Origin: Gemmatimonadota bacterium | Lineage (GTDB): Bacteria > Gemmatimonadota > Gemmatimonadetes > Palauibacterales > Palauibacteraceae | Assembly: GCA_965116475.1 (NCBI GenBank) | Contig: OZ220691.1 | Coordinates: 384,001 to 448,000, forward strand | DNA length: 64,000 nt | Direction: 5' to 3' | Shown here: piece after piece, positions 10,035-20,898 of the stretch | Position numbering within the stretch: position 1 is the stretch's first letter | Layout: each line of letters starts with the position of its first letter | Program-made: the position numbers and the translations under genes | The notes under the pieces: model-generated | The model's database searches: none | Told to the model about the DNA's origin: nothing | The model's input: only the letters and a program-made list of their open reading frames with translations

Positions 10035-11026
10035 CAGTCGTTCTTGTCGCTCTCCGGCGGCTTCGCGATCGACCTGCGCATCTGCGTATCGCTCTGGATG
10101 TTACGGTACTTCATGTAATCCATTATACCGAGGTTGCCCTCACGGAACGCTTCGGCCATCGCGAGGGGCACTTCCGCCTCCGCCTTCACGACCTCGGCCT
10201 GCATCTGCTCGACGAGCGCCCGGTTCTCCTGCTCCGACGCGACCGCCATCGCCCGGCGCTCCTCGGCCTTCGCCTGTGCGATCCGCTTGTCCGCTTCCGC
10301 CTGGTCCGTCTGCAGCTCCGCGCCGATGTTCTTCCCCACGTCGACATCGGCGATGTCGATGGAGAGGATCTCGAACGCGGTCCCGGAGTCGAGCCCCTTG
10401 GCGAGCACGGTCTTCGAAATGTTGTCCGGGTTCTCGAGCACGGCCTTGTGAGACGACGCCGACCCGATCGTCGACACGATGCCTTCGCCGACGCGCGCCA
10501 GGATCGTCTCCTCCCCCGCCCCACCCACGAGCCGGTTGATATTGGCACGCACCGTTACGCGCGCCGTCGCGATGAGCTGGATCCCGTCCTTGGCCATCGC
10601 GGCGACCTTCGGCGTCTGAATCACCCGCGGGTTGACGGAGACCTGCACCGCGTCGAGCACGTCCCGTCCCGCAAGGTCGATCGCCGCCGCCTGCCGGAAC
10701 GGCAGTTCGATCTGCGCCTTGTCCGCCGAGATGAGCGCGTTCACCACCCGCTCGACGTCGCCCCCGGCGAGGAAATGCGACTCCAGTTCGTTCGTGTGGA
10801 GCGGAAGCCCCGCCTTGTAGGAGCTGATGAGCGGATAAACGATCCGCGGCGGCGGGATCTTCCTCAGGCGCATCCCGACCAGGCTGCCGAGGCCCACGCG
10901 GACTCCGGACGCGAGCGCCGTGACCCAGAGCCGGATCGGCACGATCCACGACAGAATGAGCAGGCCGAGGGCTGCGACCATGAGGAGGATGATGCTGCTT
11001 CCCGCGAATCCATCGAGTCCTTGCAT
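10034..11026 (-). CDS. floA: Flotillin-like protein FloA (YqfA)
   Basis: [54 protein letters not shown]. Confidence 0.93.
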   Translation of the reverse strand: MQGLDGFAGSSIILLMVAALGLLILSWIVPIRLWVTALASGVRVGLGSLVGMRLRKIPPPRIVYPLISSYKAGLPLHTNELESHFLAGGDVERVVNALISADKAQIELPFRQAAAIDLAGRDVLDAVQVSVNPRVIQTPKVAAMAKDGIQLIATARVTVRANINRLVGGAGEETILARVGEGIVSTIGSASSHKAVLENPDNISKTVLAKGLDSGTAFEILSIDIADVDVGKNIGAELQTDQAEADKRIAQAKAEERRAMAVASEQENRALVEQMQAEVVKAEAEVPLAMAEAFREGNLGIMDYMKYRNIQSDTQMRRSIAKPPESDKND

Positions 11027-11027
11027 A

Positions 11028-12491
11028 TCAGACCTCGTTCCCGTCTTCGGATGTCTGGGGCCTCTTGGCGCGGCGCACGAGTACCCGTCCGCTCGCGACC
11101 TCGAGGACACGTATCGGGGTCCCGGCCTCGAGCCAGGGACCCTCGGTTACGACATGGATGCGTTCATCATTGATGATCGCGACCCCCGTGGGCCGCAGGT
11201 CCGTCGATGTGACGCCGAGTTCGCCGACCAGATCGTCGCGCTCGGGCGCGGAAAGATAGCCCGTCTCGCGGCTTGTCGAGTCGCGGAGGAAGAGACCGGA
11301 GAAACGTCGACTGCGCGGAAGGTGTCGCACAAGCGCCCACGTCGCGACCCCCACGAGGAGGATCGAAAGCGAGACCAGGCCGGCCGCGTTGAACACCTGG
11401 TCGAAGGTCGGCACCTGGCCGACCATGCCCATGACGGCCGCCCCGAGCACCGCGACCGTCCCGAGGATCCCGGCGACCCCGAAGCCGGGGATCACGAAGA
11501 CCTCGAGCGCGATCAGCACGACGCCCGCCCCGAAGAGCAGGATCTCCTCGATACCCGCGAGATGTACCAGGTGGTGCGCGCCGAAGAACGCGGCCAGCGA
11601 CGCGAGCCCCACCGCTCCCGCCACGCCGAAGCTCGGCGTTCGCACCTCCACGATGAGTCCGAGGAATCCCAGGCTCAGGAGGAGAGGCGCGACCGCCGGG
11701 TTCGTCAGGAAGCGGACGATGGCCTCCGCCCAGTTCGGACGGATCTCCCGCACCGGAGCCGCCGGGAGCCGCGTGACCTCCAGGAGTTCGATGAGATCCC
11801 GGACCTCGGCGTCCGCGACGCCGATCGCCGTGGCCTCGTCGGTCGTGAGCGTGAGCAGCCTGCCGGCTTCGATCACGCCGGGGACCTCGATGCTCTCGTC
11901 CACCATCGCCTCCGCGACCAGCGGATCGAGCCCCCGCTCCTCGGCCAGCGCCCGGAACTCCGAGCGCATGGCGCTCACCATCTTCTCCGGCGCCCTCTCG
12001 CCCTCGCCGGTGACCGGCGTGGCCGCGCCGATCGTCGAGCCCGGCCGCATGTAGATCCGGTCCGTCGCGAGCGCGATCATCGCGCCCGCCGAGAGGGCGC
12101 GGCGGTTCACGTAGGCGTAGGTCGGGACCTCGGCGTCGCGCAGGTCGTCGATGATCTTCCACGCCGCGTCGACCCGCCCCCCCGGCGTGTCGAGTTCGAT
12201 GATCACCGCGGGCGCTCCCGATTCGGCGGCTTCCGAGAGCGCGCGAGCCACGAACGGGGCCACGCCGAGTTCGATCGTGCCGGAGATCGGCACCCGGACG
12301 ACGGTGGCCGCGGACTGCGCGGACGGCGCGGACGGCACGACCGGCGTGGATCGCGCGAAGGCAGCGCCGAGTCCCGGCGGCACGGGTCCGCCCGACGCGG
12401 AGGCCGCCACCACCGCCAGCCCGAGGGCGAGCACCGGCGCCGGCAGCCCCGTCATGGGTGATTTCATCGTTCGTCTCGTCGTGTGTCGCAT
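11028..12491 (-). CDS. nfeD: NfeD family membrane protein (ClpP-like domain + TM + OB fold)
   Basis: [22 protein letters not shown]-terminal TDLRPTG; adjacent to floA; start uncertain. Confidence 0.88.
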   Translation of the reverse strand: MRHTTRRTMKSPMTGLPAPVLALGLAVVAASASGGPVPPGLGAAFARSTPVVPSAPSAQSAATVVRVPISGTIELGVAPFVARALSEAAESGAPAVIIELDTPGGRVDAAWKIIDDLRDAEVPTYAYVNRRALSAGAMIALATDRIYMRPGSTIGAATPVTGEGERAPEKMVSAMRSEFRALAEERGLDPLVAEAMVDESIEVPGVIEAGRLLTLTTDEATAIGVADAEVRDLIELLEVTRLPAAPVREIRPNWAEAIVRFLTNPAVAPLLLSLGFLGLIVEVRTPSFGVAGAVGLASLAAFFGAHHLVHLAGIEEILLFGAGVVLIALEVFVIPGFGVAGILGTVAVLGAAVMGMVGQVPTFDQVFNAAGLVSLSILLVGVATWALVRHLPRSRRFSGLFLRDSTSRETGYLSAPERDDLVGELGVTSTDLRPTGVAIINDERIHVVTEGPWLEAGTPIRVLEVASGRVLVRRAKRPQTSEDGNEV

Positions 12492-12549
12492 GGCCGCAAT
12501 CTATCGGTGCCCTGGGTCGGCCGCCCGCCGGCCGCGCGTCGGGAGCCCG

Positions 12550-15500
12550 TCAGCCGCCCGGCCGGTCCGGGAGCGGGATCGGCTCGCCCGCCGCCGGCCG
12601 CACGCCCTCCGCGTAAAGCTGGGCGTTAAGCGCCGGCACGCGCGTCTCGATGAGCACGTTGAGCCGGTCCAGCAACTCCGGCATCACGTTCCACACCTCG
12701 TCGACCTGCCACAGGTGATCCGCGGTGGGAACCGTCGACGAACCCTGGATGGCGTTCGCGACGCCGGCGTTCCGGCGCGCATCCCCCAACTCGTCGCGGA
12801 TCTCCTCGATCTCCTCCTCGATCGCCTCCAACTCCTCCTCCAACCCTTCCGGCGCCTCGTCGGCGCCCTCGATGAGGTCCTCGGCGGCCGACAACTGCTC
12901 CTCGAGCGCGTCGAGGGCCTGGCCGGCCTCATAGATCGGGCCCGCCATGGCGTGGAGGCTCATGAGCGCCTCCTGCCGCGCCATCCGGTCCGCGCGGCTC
13001 ATCGGCCGGCGCGGCTCCGCGACGACCTCGACCGTGGCGGAAAACGTCTCGCCACCCGCCTCCATGCTCACCGTGTACGAGCCCGGCAGGACGATCGGTC
13101 CCTGCGGCGCGCCGCCGAAGAAGAAGCCGCCTCCGCCGCCACCGCCCGGACCGCCGCCCTCACGCTCGTACGGCGCGTCGTGACGCCAGTCCCAGATCAC
13201 CTCGTTGACGCCGACCTCCGCGGGCGCCTCCAGCGTACGTACGTGTACCCCCGAGGCGTCGCTGATCTTCAATGAGAAGGCGTCCGGGCCGCCCTCCCCG
13301 TCGTCACCTGCGTCCCCATCCTCCGAACCATCGGCGTCCTCGTCCCCTTCCCCGTCATCCCTGTCGCCGTCGTCATCGTCGCCCTCGGCGTCCTCTCCTT
13401 CGTCGTCGTCGGCGGTCATGTCCCCGGCCGGGGCGTCGCGCAGGTAGTAGCGGATCCGGGCCCCGCGCGGCGGGTTCGGCGCGCTGTACGTGGCGCCGTA
13501 GAAGGGCCAGTCCCCGCGCTCCGTCCACATGATCGACCGGTCTCCGAACACGCGTCCCGCTTCGGCCAGCATCCCCTCGGAAAGGGCTTCGAGCGGCGCC
13601 ACGTCGGCCAGGATCCAGGCGCTGCGCCCGTGCGTGCCGACGATGAGGTCGTTCTCGCGCGGGTGCACCAGGATGTCGTCCACCGGCACCGTGGGCAGGT
13701 TGTTCTTGAGCTGGACCCAGCTCTCGCCGCGGTCCACGGAGACGAACACGCCGACCTCGTTCCCGATAAAGAGGAGGTTCGGCGCGCGGTGGTGCTCGAC
13801 GATCACGTTCACCGACCACAGGTCCGGCAGCCCGTCCGCGATCGCCCGCCAACTCTGACCGTAGTCCTCGCTCACGTAGGCGTAGGGCGCGTAGTCGCCG
13901 TTGCGGTGCCCGTCGAAGGTGGCGTACACGCGCCCATCCACGTGGTGCGACGGCTCCACCCGGCTGACATAGGTCCGCTCCGGGAGGCCGGGGATGCGGT
14001 CGACGACGTTTTCCCACGTCGCCCCGTCGTCGCGCGACACCTGCAGGTTCCCGTCATCCGTCCCCGCGTAGATCAGCCCCCGCACGAGCGGCGACTCCTC
14101 CACCGAGGTCAGGTTTCCGTACGTCGAGATCCCGTCGTTGAGCGACATCTGCGGCTCGGAGCCGGGGACGCCCATGATTTGCAGCTCCTCGCGGTCGATC
14201 TGCTTCGTGAGGTCGAGCCCCCCGACCTCCTCCCACGACATCCCGTAGTCCCGCGAGCGCAGCAGGTAGTTCGCGCCCAGGTAGACGGTGGCCGGATCGT
14301 GCGGCGAGAGCAGGAGCGGCGAGTTCCAGTTGTAGCGGTAGGCCTTCGTCGTGTCCCCGTCCGCCCGCGGCCCGACGATGGGGCGCATCGGGATCTTCTC
14401 CCCCGTCGTCAGATCGTAGCGGTTCATGTTCCCGCCCTGCGACTCGGAGTAGACGATCGTCGAGTCCGTCGGGTCCACGATCGTGAAGAAGCCGTCGCCG
14501 TACGCCGTCTCGTACCAGTCCTGGTGCCGGATGCCGTGGAAGGAGCGCGTGTCCGAGGGTCCGCACCATGCGTCGTTGTCCTGCAGCCCGCCGCACACGG
14601 CGTAGGGGGTCCGCATGTCGTACCCGATGGTGTAGAACTGGCCGAGCGGGATGTTGTCGAACATGCGCCAGTGCGCGGCTCCATCCCACGAGGCCGCGAC
14701 CCCGCCGTCGCTGCCCAGGATCAGGTGGTCCGGGTCCTCCGGGTTGATCCACAGCTGGTGGTGGTCGACGTGGATCTGCACGGCGCCGTCGTTGCGGAAC
14801 GTCCGTCCGCCGTCATCCGAAATCGAGAGCTGCGTGCCGAGCACGTAGATGCGGTCGGGGTTGCCCGGGTCGATGCGGACCTGGGAGTAGTACATCGGCC
14901 GCGGGTTGGTGTCCGACACCTTCTCCCACGTCTCGCCGCGGTCCGTCGACCGGAAGAGCCCTCCCTGGCGCGGGCCGCCTCCTCCGCCCCCGAAACCCTG
15001 GCCGGGCCGCCGCGGATCCGCCTCGACGAGCGCGTAGACGAGGTTGCCGTCCTGCCGGTAGATGTCGATCCCGATGCGGCCCTTGTCGCCCTCCGGCAGC
15101 CCCTCGGTCAGTTCCGTCCAGTTGTCGCCGCCGTCGACCGTCCGGTAGAGGCCGCTCCCGGGGCCGCCCCCGTTGAACCCCCAGCCCGTCCGCTGCCGCT
15201 GGTACATGGCCGCGAAGATCGTGTTCGGGTCGGCGGGATCCATGGCCAGGTCGATGGCCCCCGTGTGGTCGTCGACGTACAGCACCTTCTCCCACGACTC
15301 CCCGCCATCGGTCGTGCGGAAGACGCCGCGCTCGGGGTTGGAACCCCAGAGATCCCCCATCGCGGCCACATGGACGATGTCGGGGTTGCGCGGATGGATG
15401 AGGATGCGGGCGACATGCTTCGTCGCCTCGAGCCCCATGTGCATCCACGTGTTCCCGCCGTCCGTCGACTTGTAGACGCCGTTTCCCCACGGGGAGGACT

Positions 15501-15858
15501 GGCGGTTCTGCGGCTCGCCCGTCCCCACCCACACGAGGTTCGGGTTCGCCTGGTGGAGCGTCACGTCCCCGATCGAACTCGTCGGCTGGTCGTCGAAGAG
15601 CGGGGTCCACGAGGTGCCGTGGTTCTCCGTCTTCCACAGGCCTCCGCTCGCGGTGCCGAGGTAGAAGATCTGCGGTTTGGCTTCGACGACATCGAGGTCG
15701 GCGATGCGGCCCCCCATGAGGGCCGGGCCGATCTCACGGTATTCCAGGTGGGAGATGGCCGTCTCGAGCGCGGACTGGGCGACGGCGGCCGGTGCGCCGG
15801 TCGTGGCGCCGAAGAGGAGACCGGCCGCGGAGAGCGCAAGGACTCGGGCTGCTTTCAT
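12550..15858 (-). CDS. Secreted VPS10/sortilin-like BNR-repeat protein (putative glycosyl hydrolase)
   Basis: Signal peptide; REIGPALMGGRI; many S.D.G.TW Asp-box repeats; GGLQDN; GTHGRS. Confidence 0.88.
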   Translation of the reverse strand: MKAARVLALSAAGLLFGATTGAPAAVAQSALETAISHLEYREIGPALMGGRIADLDVVEAKPQIFYLGTASGGLWKTENHGTSWTPLFDDQPTSSIGDVTLHQANPNLVWVGTGEPQNRQSSPWGNGVYKSTDGGNTWMHMGLEATKHVARILIHPRNPDIVHVAAMGDLWGSNPERGVFRTTDGGESWEKVLYVDDHTGAIDLAMDPADPNTIFAAMYQRQRTGWGFNGGGPGSGLYRTVDGGDNWTELTEGLPEGDKGRIGIDIYRQDGNLVYALVEADPRRPGQGFGGGGGGPRQGGLFRSTDRGETWEKVSDTNPRPMYYSQVRIDPGNPDRIYVLGTQLSISDDGGRTFRNDGAVQIHVDHHQLWINPEDPDHLILGSDGGVAASWDGAAHWRMFDNIPLGQFYTIGYDMRTPYAVCGGLQDNDAWCGPSDTRSFHGIRHQDWYETAYGDGFFTIVDPTDSTIVYSESQGGNMNRYDLTTGEKIPMRPIVGPRADGDTTKAYRYNWNSPLLLSPHDPATVYLGANYLLRSRDYGMSWEEVGGLDLTKQIDREELQIMGVPGSEPQMSLNDGISTYGNLTSVEESPLVRGLIYAGTDDGNLQVSRDDGATWENVVDRIPGLPERTYVSRVEPSHHVDGRVYATFDGHRNGDYAPYAYVSEDYGQSWRAIADGLPDLWSVNVIVEHHRAPNLLFIGNEVGVFVSVDRGESWVQLKNNLPTVPVDDILVHPRENDLIVGTHGRSAWILADVAPLEALSEGMLAEAGRVFGDRSIMWTERGDWPFYGATYSAPNPPRGARIRYYLRDAPAGDMTADDDEGEDAEGDDDDGDRDDGEGDEDADGSEDGDAGDDGEGGPDAFSLKISDASGVHVRTLEAPAEVGVNEVIWDWRHDAPYEREGGGPGGGGGGGFFFGGAPQGPIVLPGSYTVSMEAGGETFSATVEVVAEPRRPMSRADRMARQEALMSLHAMAGPIYEAGQALDALEEQLSAAEDLIEGADEAPEGLEEELEAIEEEIEEIRDELGDARRNAGVANAIQGSSTVPTADHLWQVDEVWNVMPELLDRLNVLIETRVPALNAQLYAEGVRPAAGEPIPLPDRPGG

Positions 15859-16114
15859 GGTACTGCCTCGGAAACGGGGAGATGACGGGGCTTCCGCCCG
15901 CAAACTGCACCGCAGAGATGCCCGCGCAATACGCCGCTGGCCCGCCCTCGGAGCGACGTGCGTCCACCGGCGTGCCCGCGCGCCGTTCTCGTTGCTCGCT
16001 GGCGGGGATACCGTCCAGATTGGCTGGACGGTCGGCGATGGTCGTGCACTCGGGCATGAAAGCGAGAACGGAATGCGTGACGGCATGCGTGACGGAATGC
16101 ATGAAGGAGACAGA

Positions 16115-17221
16115 ATGAGAGCAGGAGTCGTGAGACGTTTGCCGGCGGTGACCGCCCTGGCGCTCGTGGCCTTCCTTTCCGGCGTCCCGGTCCTCCCCGT
16201 CGCGGGGCAGTCGATTACCGTCGTGTCCTGGGGCGGCTCCTACGGTCGCGCCGTCAACGAGGGCGCCAACATTCCCTTCACCGCGGCGACCGGCATTCGT
16301 GTCGGCGTGGAGGACTACAACGGCGGCCTGGCCCAGATACGGGCGCAGGTGGACGTCGGCAACATCCATTGGGACGTGGTCGACCTGGAGATGGCCGATG
16401 CCGTGCGCGGTTGCGACGAAGGGCTGCTCGAGCTGATCGACATCGACGATCTGCCTCCCGGCCCCGACGGCACTCCCGCCGCCGACGACTTCGTGGCGGA
16501 GAGCCAGACCGAGTGCGGAGTGGGCAATCTGTACTGGTCGACGGTGTACGCGTACAACGACGAGAACTTTCCGGGCGACAAGCCCGCCACCATGGCCGAC
16601 TTCTTCGACCTGGAGAAGTTCCCGGGCCGCCGCGGGATGCGGCGGGTGCCGCAGGTGAACCTGGAGTTCGCGCTGATCGCCGATGGCGTGCCGCTCGACG
16701 AGGTGTACGCCGCGCTGGCGACGCCGGAGGGCCTGGACCGGGCCTTTGCCAAGCTCGAAACGATCAAGGACGAAGTGGTCTGGTGGGAGGCGGGCGCCCA
16801 GCCGCCGCAGATGCTGGCCGACGGCGAAGTGGTCATGAGCACGGCGTACAACGGCCGGATCTTCAATGCGCAGATCATGGAAAACCAACCGTTCGTGATC
16901 GTGTGGGACGGACAGCTGCTGGACGTGGGCCAGGTCGGGATCGTCGCGGGGACGCCGAGGCTGGAAGAGGCGCTGAGATACGTGGCCTTCAGCACCAGCG
17001 CCGAATCTCTGGCGCGGATCGGGCGCCGCATCTCCTATTCGCCGGCGCGGAGGTCGGGCATGCCACTTGTGACGACCCATGTCGTCGCAGGGATCGACAT
17101 GGCGCCCCACCTGCCGGCCAGCGCGGGCAACGTGGATCGTGCGCTGCGTTACGACTGGGCGTTCTGGGTCGACTACCAGGACGAGCTGAACGAGCGCTTC
17201 AGCGCCTGGCTGGCGCGTTAG
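16115..17221 (+). CDS. ABC transporter substrate-binding protein (PotD/PotF-like)
   Basis: Signal peptide, SWGGSY, WDVVD, DFFDLEKFPGRRG, LEFALIADGV, AYNGR. Confidence 0.88.
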   Translation: MRAGVVRRLPAVTALALVAFLSGVPVLPVAGQSITVVSWGGSYGRAVNEGANIPFTAATGIRVGVEDYNGGLAQIRAQVDVGNIHWDVVDLEMADAVRGCDEGLLELIDIDDLPPGPDGTPAADDFVAESQTECGVGNLYWSTVYAYNDENFPGDKPATMADFFDLEKFPGRRGMRRVPQVNLEFALIADGVPLDEVYAALATPEGLDRAFAKLETIKDEVVWWEAGAQPPQMLADGEVVMSTAYNGRIFNAQIMENQPFVIVWDGQLLDVGQVGIVAGTPRLEEALRYVAFSTSAESLARIGRRISYSPARRSGMPLVTTHVVAGIDMAPHLPASAGNVDRALRYDWAFWVDYQDELNERFSAWLAR

Positions 17222-17237
17222 CAGGTGTACGCGCGCG

Positions 17238-19475
17238 TCAGAACACCACCCGATAGCTGACGTTCAGGCCTCGCGCGGCCTCCGGCATGATCTCCTTCAC
17301 CCGGGAGAGGTGGTTGCGGTACTCGGTATTCGTGGCGTTGGCGAGGCTCACGGTCAGGACGTTCAGACGCCCGCCGAACGTAAACCGCACCCCTGCCGCG
17401 GCGTTGAGGACGGTGTACCCGCGCGTGGGCGTCTCGAATTCGCCCACCCGGTCCTGCCGGTCGGCCATCTCGACCTCCGCCCGGACATACCACGACGGCC
17501 TCTCGTACTTCAGGGCCACATGTCCCTTGAGCGGAGGCACGAGAGGCAAGGGCCGGCCGGTCTCCTTGAGGCTGCCTTTCACCGCTGAGGCCACGCCCTC
17601 CAGCGCCAGCCCCCGCCCGGCGTCAAGGTCGACGCCGGCTTCAAAGCCGCTGAACACGGCGTCGTTGCCCTGGAACTGATAGACGGGGAGGCGCACGCGG
17701 CTCAGGCGGCCCGTGTCCTCCCCGTAGATGTGGTTCCTGATATCGTTGTGGAAGCCGGTCACCTCGGCCCTCAGCCGGTCGGACTCGAAGCGGACGAAGA
17801 CATCCAGCCCGTGCCCGACCTCGCCCTCCAGCGACGGGTTTCCGACCTCGAAGACGTACGCCGCCAGATGCGGCCCTTCCGAATAGAGTTCGGCGATGTC
17901 CGGCGTGCGAAACGCCCGGGCGACGCTGGTTCCGAGCACGAGTCCCGTGGCGGACTTGTAGAGGACACCCAGCGATCCCGACAAGGCGTGGAATCTGCGC
18001 TCGCGAATCTCGCCGATGTCCGACACCCGATCTTCCCCTGGATCGACCCGGGCCCAGTCGTAGCGCAGCCCCGACTCGACCAGGACGGCGCCGAGGTCGA
18101 CCTCCTCGAGCAGGTACAGGGCCGCCCTGAACCGACGCGTGTCCGGCGTGTGAAGGGACCCCCCATATGCGAAATCCTCCCGGGAGGCACGGCCGCCCAT
18201 CGCGCCCGCCGTGAACGGTCCCCAGCTCCCGTGCCGACCCAGGACGTCCGCGCTCGCGCTCTGTTGATCGAAGAGCGTGCCCAGAATGCCCCCCGCTTCG
18301 ATCTCGCGGTGCGTGTACGAGGTGTGCGTCGCGTCGAAGCGGAGGTTGTGGAAGGACCCGACCGGCTCATCGACGACGGTCCGGAACTTCGCCGCGACCC
18401 GCTCCATTTCGATGCGCACCCCCTCGGCGTGCCCACCCACGAATCCACCCGGGATGCCGTAGTAGTTGCGGTAGCCGCGGAAGGACGCCCCGAGACGGCC
18501 CCAATCGGCCACGTAGGCCGTGCCCGCCCCTCCGCTCAACAGTTCGCCGTCGGTGTTGAGAAGCCTGCCGGCGGGGGTCTTCAAGTCTCCAGCGGTCCGT
18601 GCGGTCACCTCCACGCGCAGCGGCACGCGCTCCGCGAGGGGGAACACGGTCGACGCGCTGCCCGCCAGCGAGCCGGTCGCGGTCTCCGTCTGCAGTGTCG
18701 CGGCGCCCGTCAGCCGGTGCGGCATCGCCGAGGGAATCTCGTCGCGGATGACGTTGATGACCCCGCCCAGCGCGTTGCCCCCGTAGAGCAGCGCGCCGGG
18801 ACCCCGCACAACCTCGATTCTCCGCGCCGACGACGGATCGAGCGCGGTGGTGTGGTCCGCGCCCGAGTTGGAAGCATCCCCGACCGCCGTCCCGTCCTCG
18901 AGCATCAGCACCCGATCGCCGCTCAACCCCCGGATCACGGGTTGCGAGACCGATGGGCCCATCCGGGTGGCGGCCAGCCCCGGCATTGACGCCAGGGTTC
19001 CGGCGACGGTCGCCGTCATCTGGCGCTGCAGGTCATCGCCCGTCATGACGCTGACCGGCCGCAGCGCCTCGGCCGCGGTGCGCTCGCTGATTGTGGCCGT
19101 CACGACCAGCTCCCCGAGCGCGATGGGAGACGGCGACAACTCGATCACGACCTCTGCCGACTCCGCCACAGCTCGGCGCGCGCGCACGGCCCCCACGGTG
19201 ACTTCCACGGTGGCGCCGCGGTATCCCAGGCGATCGGCTCGCACCGTGTACACGCCCGCCGCCATCCCGGTCAGGTGGAAGGTACCGTCCGCGCGGGTCA
19301 CGGCACGGGTTTCCCTGCCGACCACCGATACCCGCGCTCCCGCCAGGGGGAAGCCGGTATTCGCGTCGCGCACACTGCCCTCGAACACATGCCTTTGCCC
19401 CGGCTCCTGCCCGTCGACTCGGGGAACGACGAGCGCGGGGGCTACCGCAAATAACAGGACAAGCGCTTTCCGCAT
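17238..19475 (-). CDS. TonB-dependent receptor (ZnuD/metal-uptake-like)
   Basis: Carboxypeptidase-regulatory-like N domain, plug PVIRGLSGDRV...IEVVRGPGALLYGGNALGGVINV, ELYSEGPH, YRNHLSR, terminal Phe. Confidence 0.88.
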   Translation of the reverse strand: MRKALVLLFAVAPALVVPRVDGQEPGQRHVFEGSVRDANTGFPLAGARVSVVGRETRAVTRADGTFHLTGMAAGVYTVRADRLGYRGATVEVTVGAVRARRAVAESAEVVIELSPSPIALGELVVTATISERTAAEALRPVSVMTGDDLQRQMTATVAGTLASMPGLAATRMGPSVSQPVIRGLSGDRVLMLEDGTAVGDASNSGADHTTALDPSSARRIEVVRGPGALLYGGNALGGVINVIRDEIPSAMPHRLTGAATLQTETATGSLAGSASTVFPLAERVPLRVEVTARTAGDLKTPAGRLLNTDGELLSGGAGTAYVADWGRLGASFRGYRNYYGIPGGFVGGHAEGVRIEMERVAAKFRTVVDEPVGSFHNLRFDATHTSYTHREIEAGGILGTLFDQQSASADVLGRHGSWGPFTAGAMGGRASREDFAYGGSLHTPDTRRFRAALYLLEEVDLGAVLVESGLRYDWARVDPGEDRVSDIGEIRERRFHALSGSLGVLYKSATGLVLGTSVARAFRTPDIAELYSEGPHLAAYVFEVGNPSLEGEVGHGLDVFVRFESDRLRAEVTGFHNDIRNHIYGEDTGRLSRVRLPVYQFQGNDAVFSGFEAGVDLDAGRGLALEGVASAVKGSLKETGRPLPLVPPLKGHVALKYERPSWYVRAEVEMADRQDRVGEFETPTRGYTVLNAAAGVRFTFGGRLNVLTVSLANATNTEYRNHLSRVKEIMPEAARGLNVSYRVVF

Positions 19476-19617
19476 GGGTTCTCTCCGGGGGGATGACGGT
19501 TCAACTCTTGGCCTTCCCGGGCAGCCTTCGCAAGCTGCATGCCTTCGTGCCGGGCGTCCCGGGCGTAGAGAACCGCCGGTTGAAGCTTCCACCGCCGAAC
19601 CGAGAGGAGGACCCGCC

Positions 19618-20868
19618 ATGGGTCGCACACACCGCCGCAGGATCTCGTCCCGCCTCGCGGGCCTGGGCGTTTGCCTCGTTCTGGCCTGCGGTGCGCCGCC
19701 GGAGGCGGGCCGGGAGGGGGCGACCGAGACGGAGCGCTCGCTGTCTGCGGAAGCGACCGCGGCGCTCGTCGAGGCCTTCCAGGCCGAACTCGACGCGGCG
19801 TGGGCGCAGGCCCGGGAGACGGACGAGAACTTCCCGGGGGCGACCGCCGCGTTCATCCTCCCGGACGGGCGCGTGTTCGGGTTCGCGACCGGCCTGTCGG
19901 ACGTGGACGACGAGATCCCGATGACACCGGACATGCGCATGGGCTCCGGCAGCATCGGCAAGACGTACGTCGCGGCAGTCGCCCTGCAACTGGCCATGAG
20001 CGGAGAGCTGGATCTCGACGCGCCGGTCTCCACCTGGCTCGGCGGTGAGGCGTGGTTCTCGCGGGTCCCCAATCACGCGGATCTCACGGTGCGCAACCTC
20101 CTGAACCACACGGCCGGCATGATCCAGCCCTACTTCGAGGACCCCGACTTCGCCGTGCGGCTGGGCGAGGTGTTCCGCGATCCGGACGCCTACATGACCC
20201 CGGAGGAGTTCATCGCCGAGACGGTGCTGGACGCGGAGCCGCTCTTCCCCGCCGGCGGCGGATACCACTACAGCGACGTGCACTACACGCTGGCGGGGCT
20301 CGCCATCGAGGAGGCGACGGGCCGCGCCTACTACGATCTCCTCGACGAGTTCTTCCTCGACCCGCTCGGCCTCGACCTCACGCTGGCGGCCGACCGGCGC
20401 GACCTGCCCGGACTCGCGCAGGGCTACGCGCACCGCAGCTCGCAGCTGTACGGCACCCCGCTCGAGGTCGTCGTGGACGGCCGGCTCATCCTCCATCCCC
20501 TCCAGGAGTGGACGGGGGGCGGCCTCGTGAACAATCCGCAGGCGATGGTGCGCTGGGCGAAGCTCCTGTACGAGGGCGAGGCGATCGAGGGGGACGACCT
20601 TCCCCATTTGCTCGACGTCGGGTTCCCGCCCGACAGCACGAAGCCGCACCTGGGATACGGGCTCGCGGTGTCGGTCGCCGAGGGCGAGCACGGGCTGACG
20701 TACGGCCACGGGGGCTTCTGGCCCGGCTACAACTCGCTCCTCGCGTACTACCCGGACCACGGCGTGGCCGTCTCGATCCAGATCAACTCCGACGACTCGC
20801 GGATGCGCGACCACCTGCCGAAGCTGGCCGGCGTGGTGCTGGAAGCTTTGGGGGCCGCCGGGGGATAA
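19618..20868 (+). CDS. Serine hydrolase (beta-lactamase class C-like) lipoprotein
   Basis: SIGK (SxxK), LLNHTAG, YSD (YxN variant), HGG; lipobox LVLAC. Confidence 0.85.
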   Translation: MGRTHRRRISSRLAGLGVCLVLACGAPPEAGREGATETERSLSAEATAALVEAFQAELDAAWAQARETDENFPGATAAFILPDGRVFGFATGLSDVDDEIPMTPDMRMGSGSIGKTYVAAVALQLAMSGELDLDAPVSTWLGGEAWFSRVPNHADLTVRNLLNHTAGMIQPYFEDPDFAVRLGEVFRDPDAYMTPEEFIAETVLDAEPLFPAGGGYHYSDVHYTLAGLAIEEATGRAYYDLLDEFFLDPLGLDLTLAADRRDLPGLAQGYAHRSSQLYGTPLEVVVDGRLILHPLQEWTGGGLVNNPQAMVRWAKLLYEGEAIEGDDLPHLLDVGFPPDSTKPHLGYGLAVSVAEGEHGLTYGHGGFWPGYNSLLAYYPDHGVAVSIQINSDDSRMRDHLPKLAGVVLEALGAAGG

Positions 20869-20898
20869 CGGCCAAAGGGGGATAACGGCCGCCGGGGG

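Noticed and set aside
19618-20868. Antibiotic-resistance beta-lactamase
   Set aside because: Motifs fit the broad serine hydrolase/peptidase family (YSD rather than YxN, HGG); resistance cannot be inferred.
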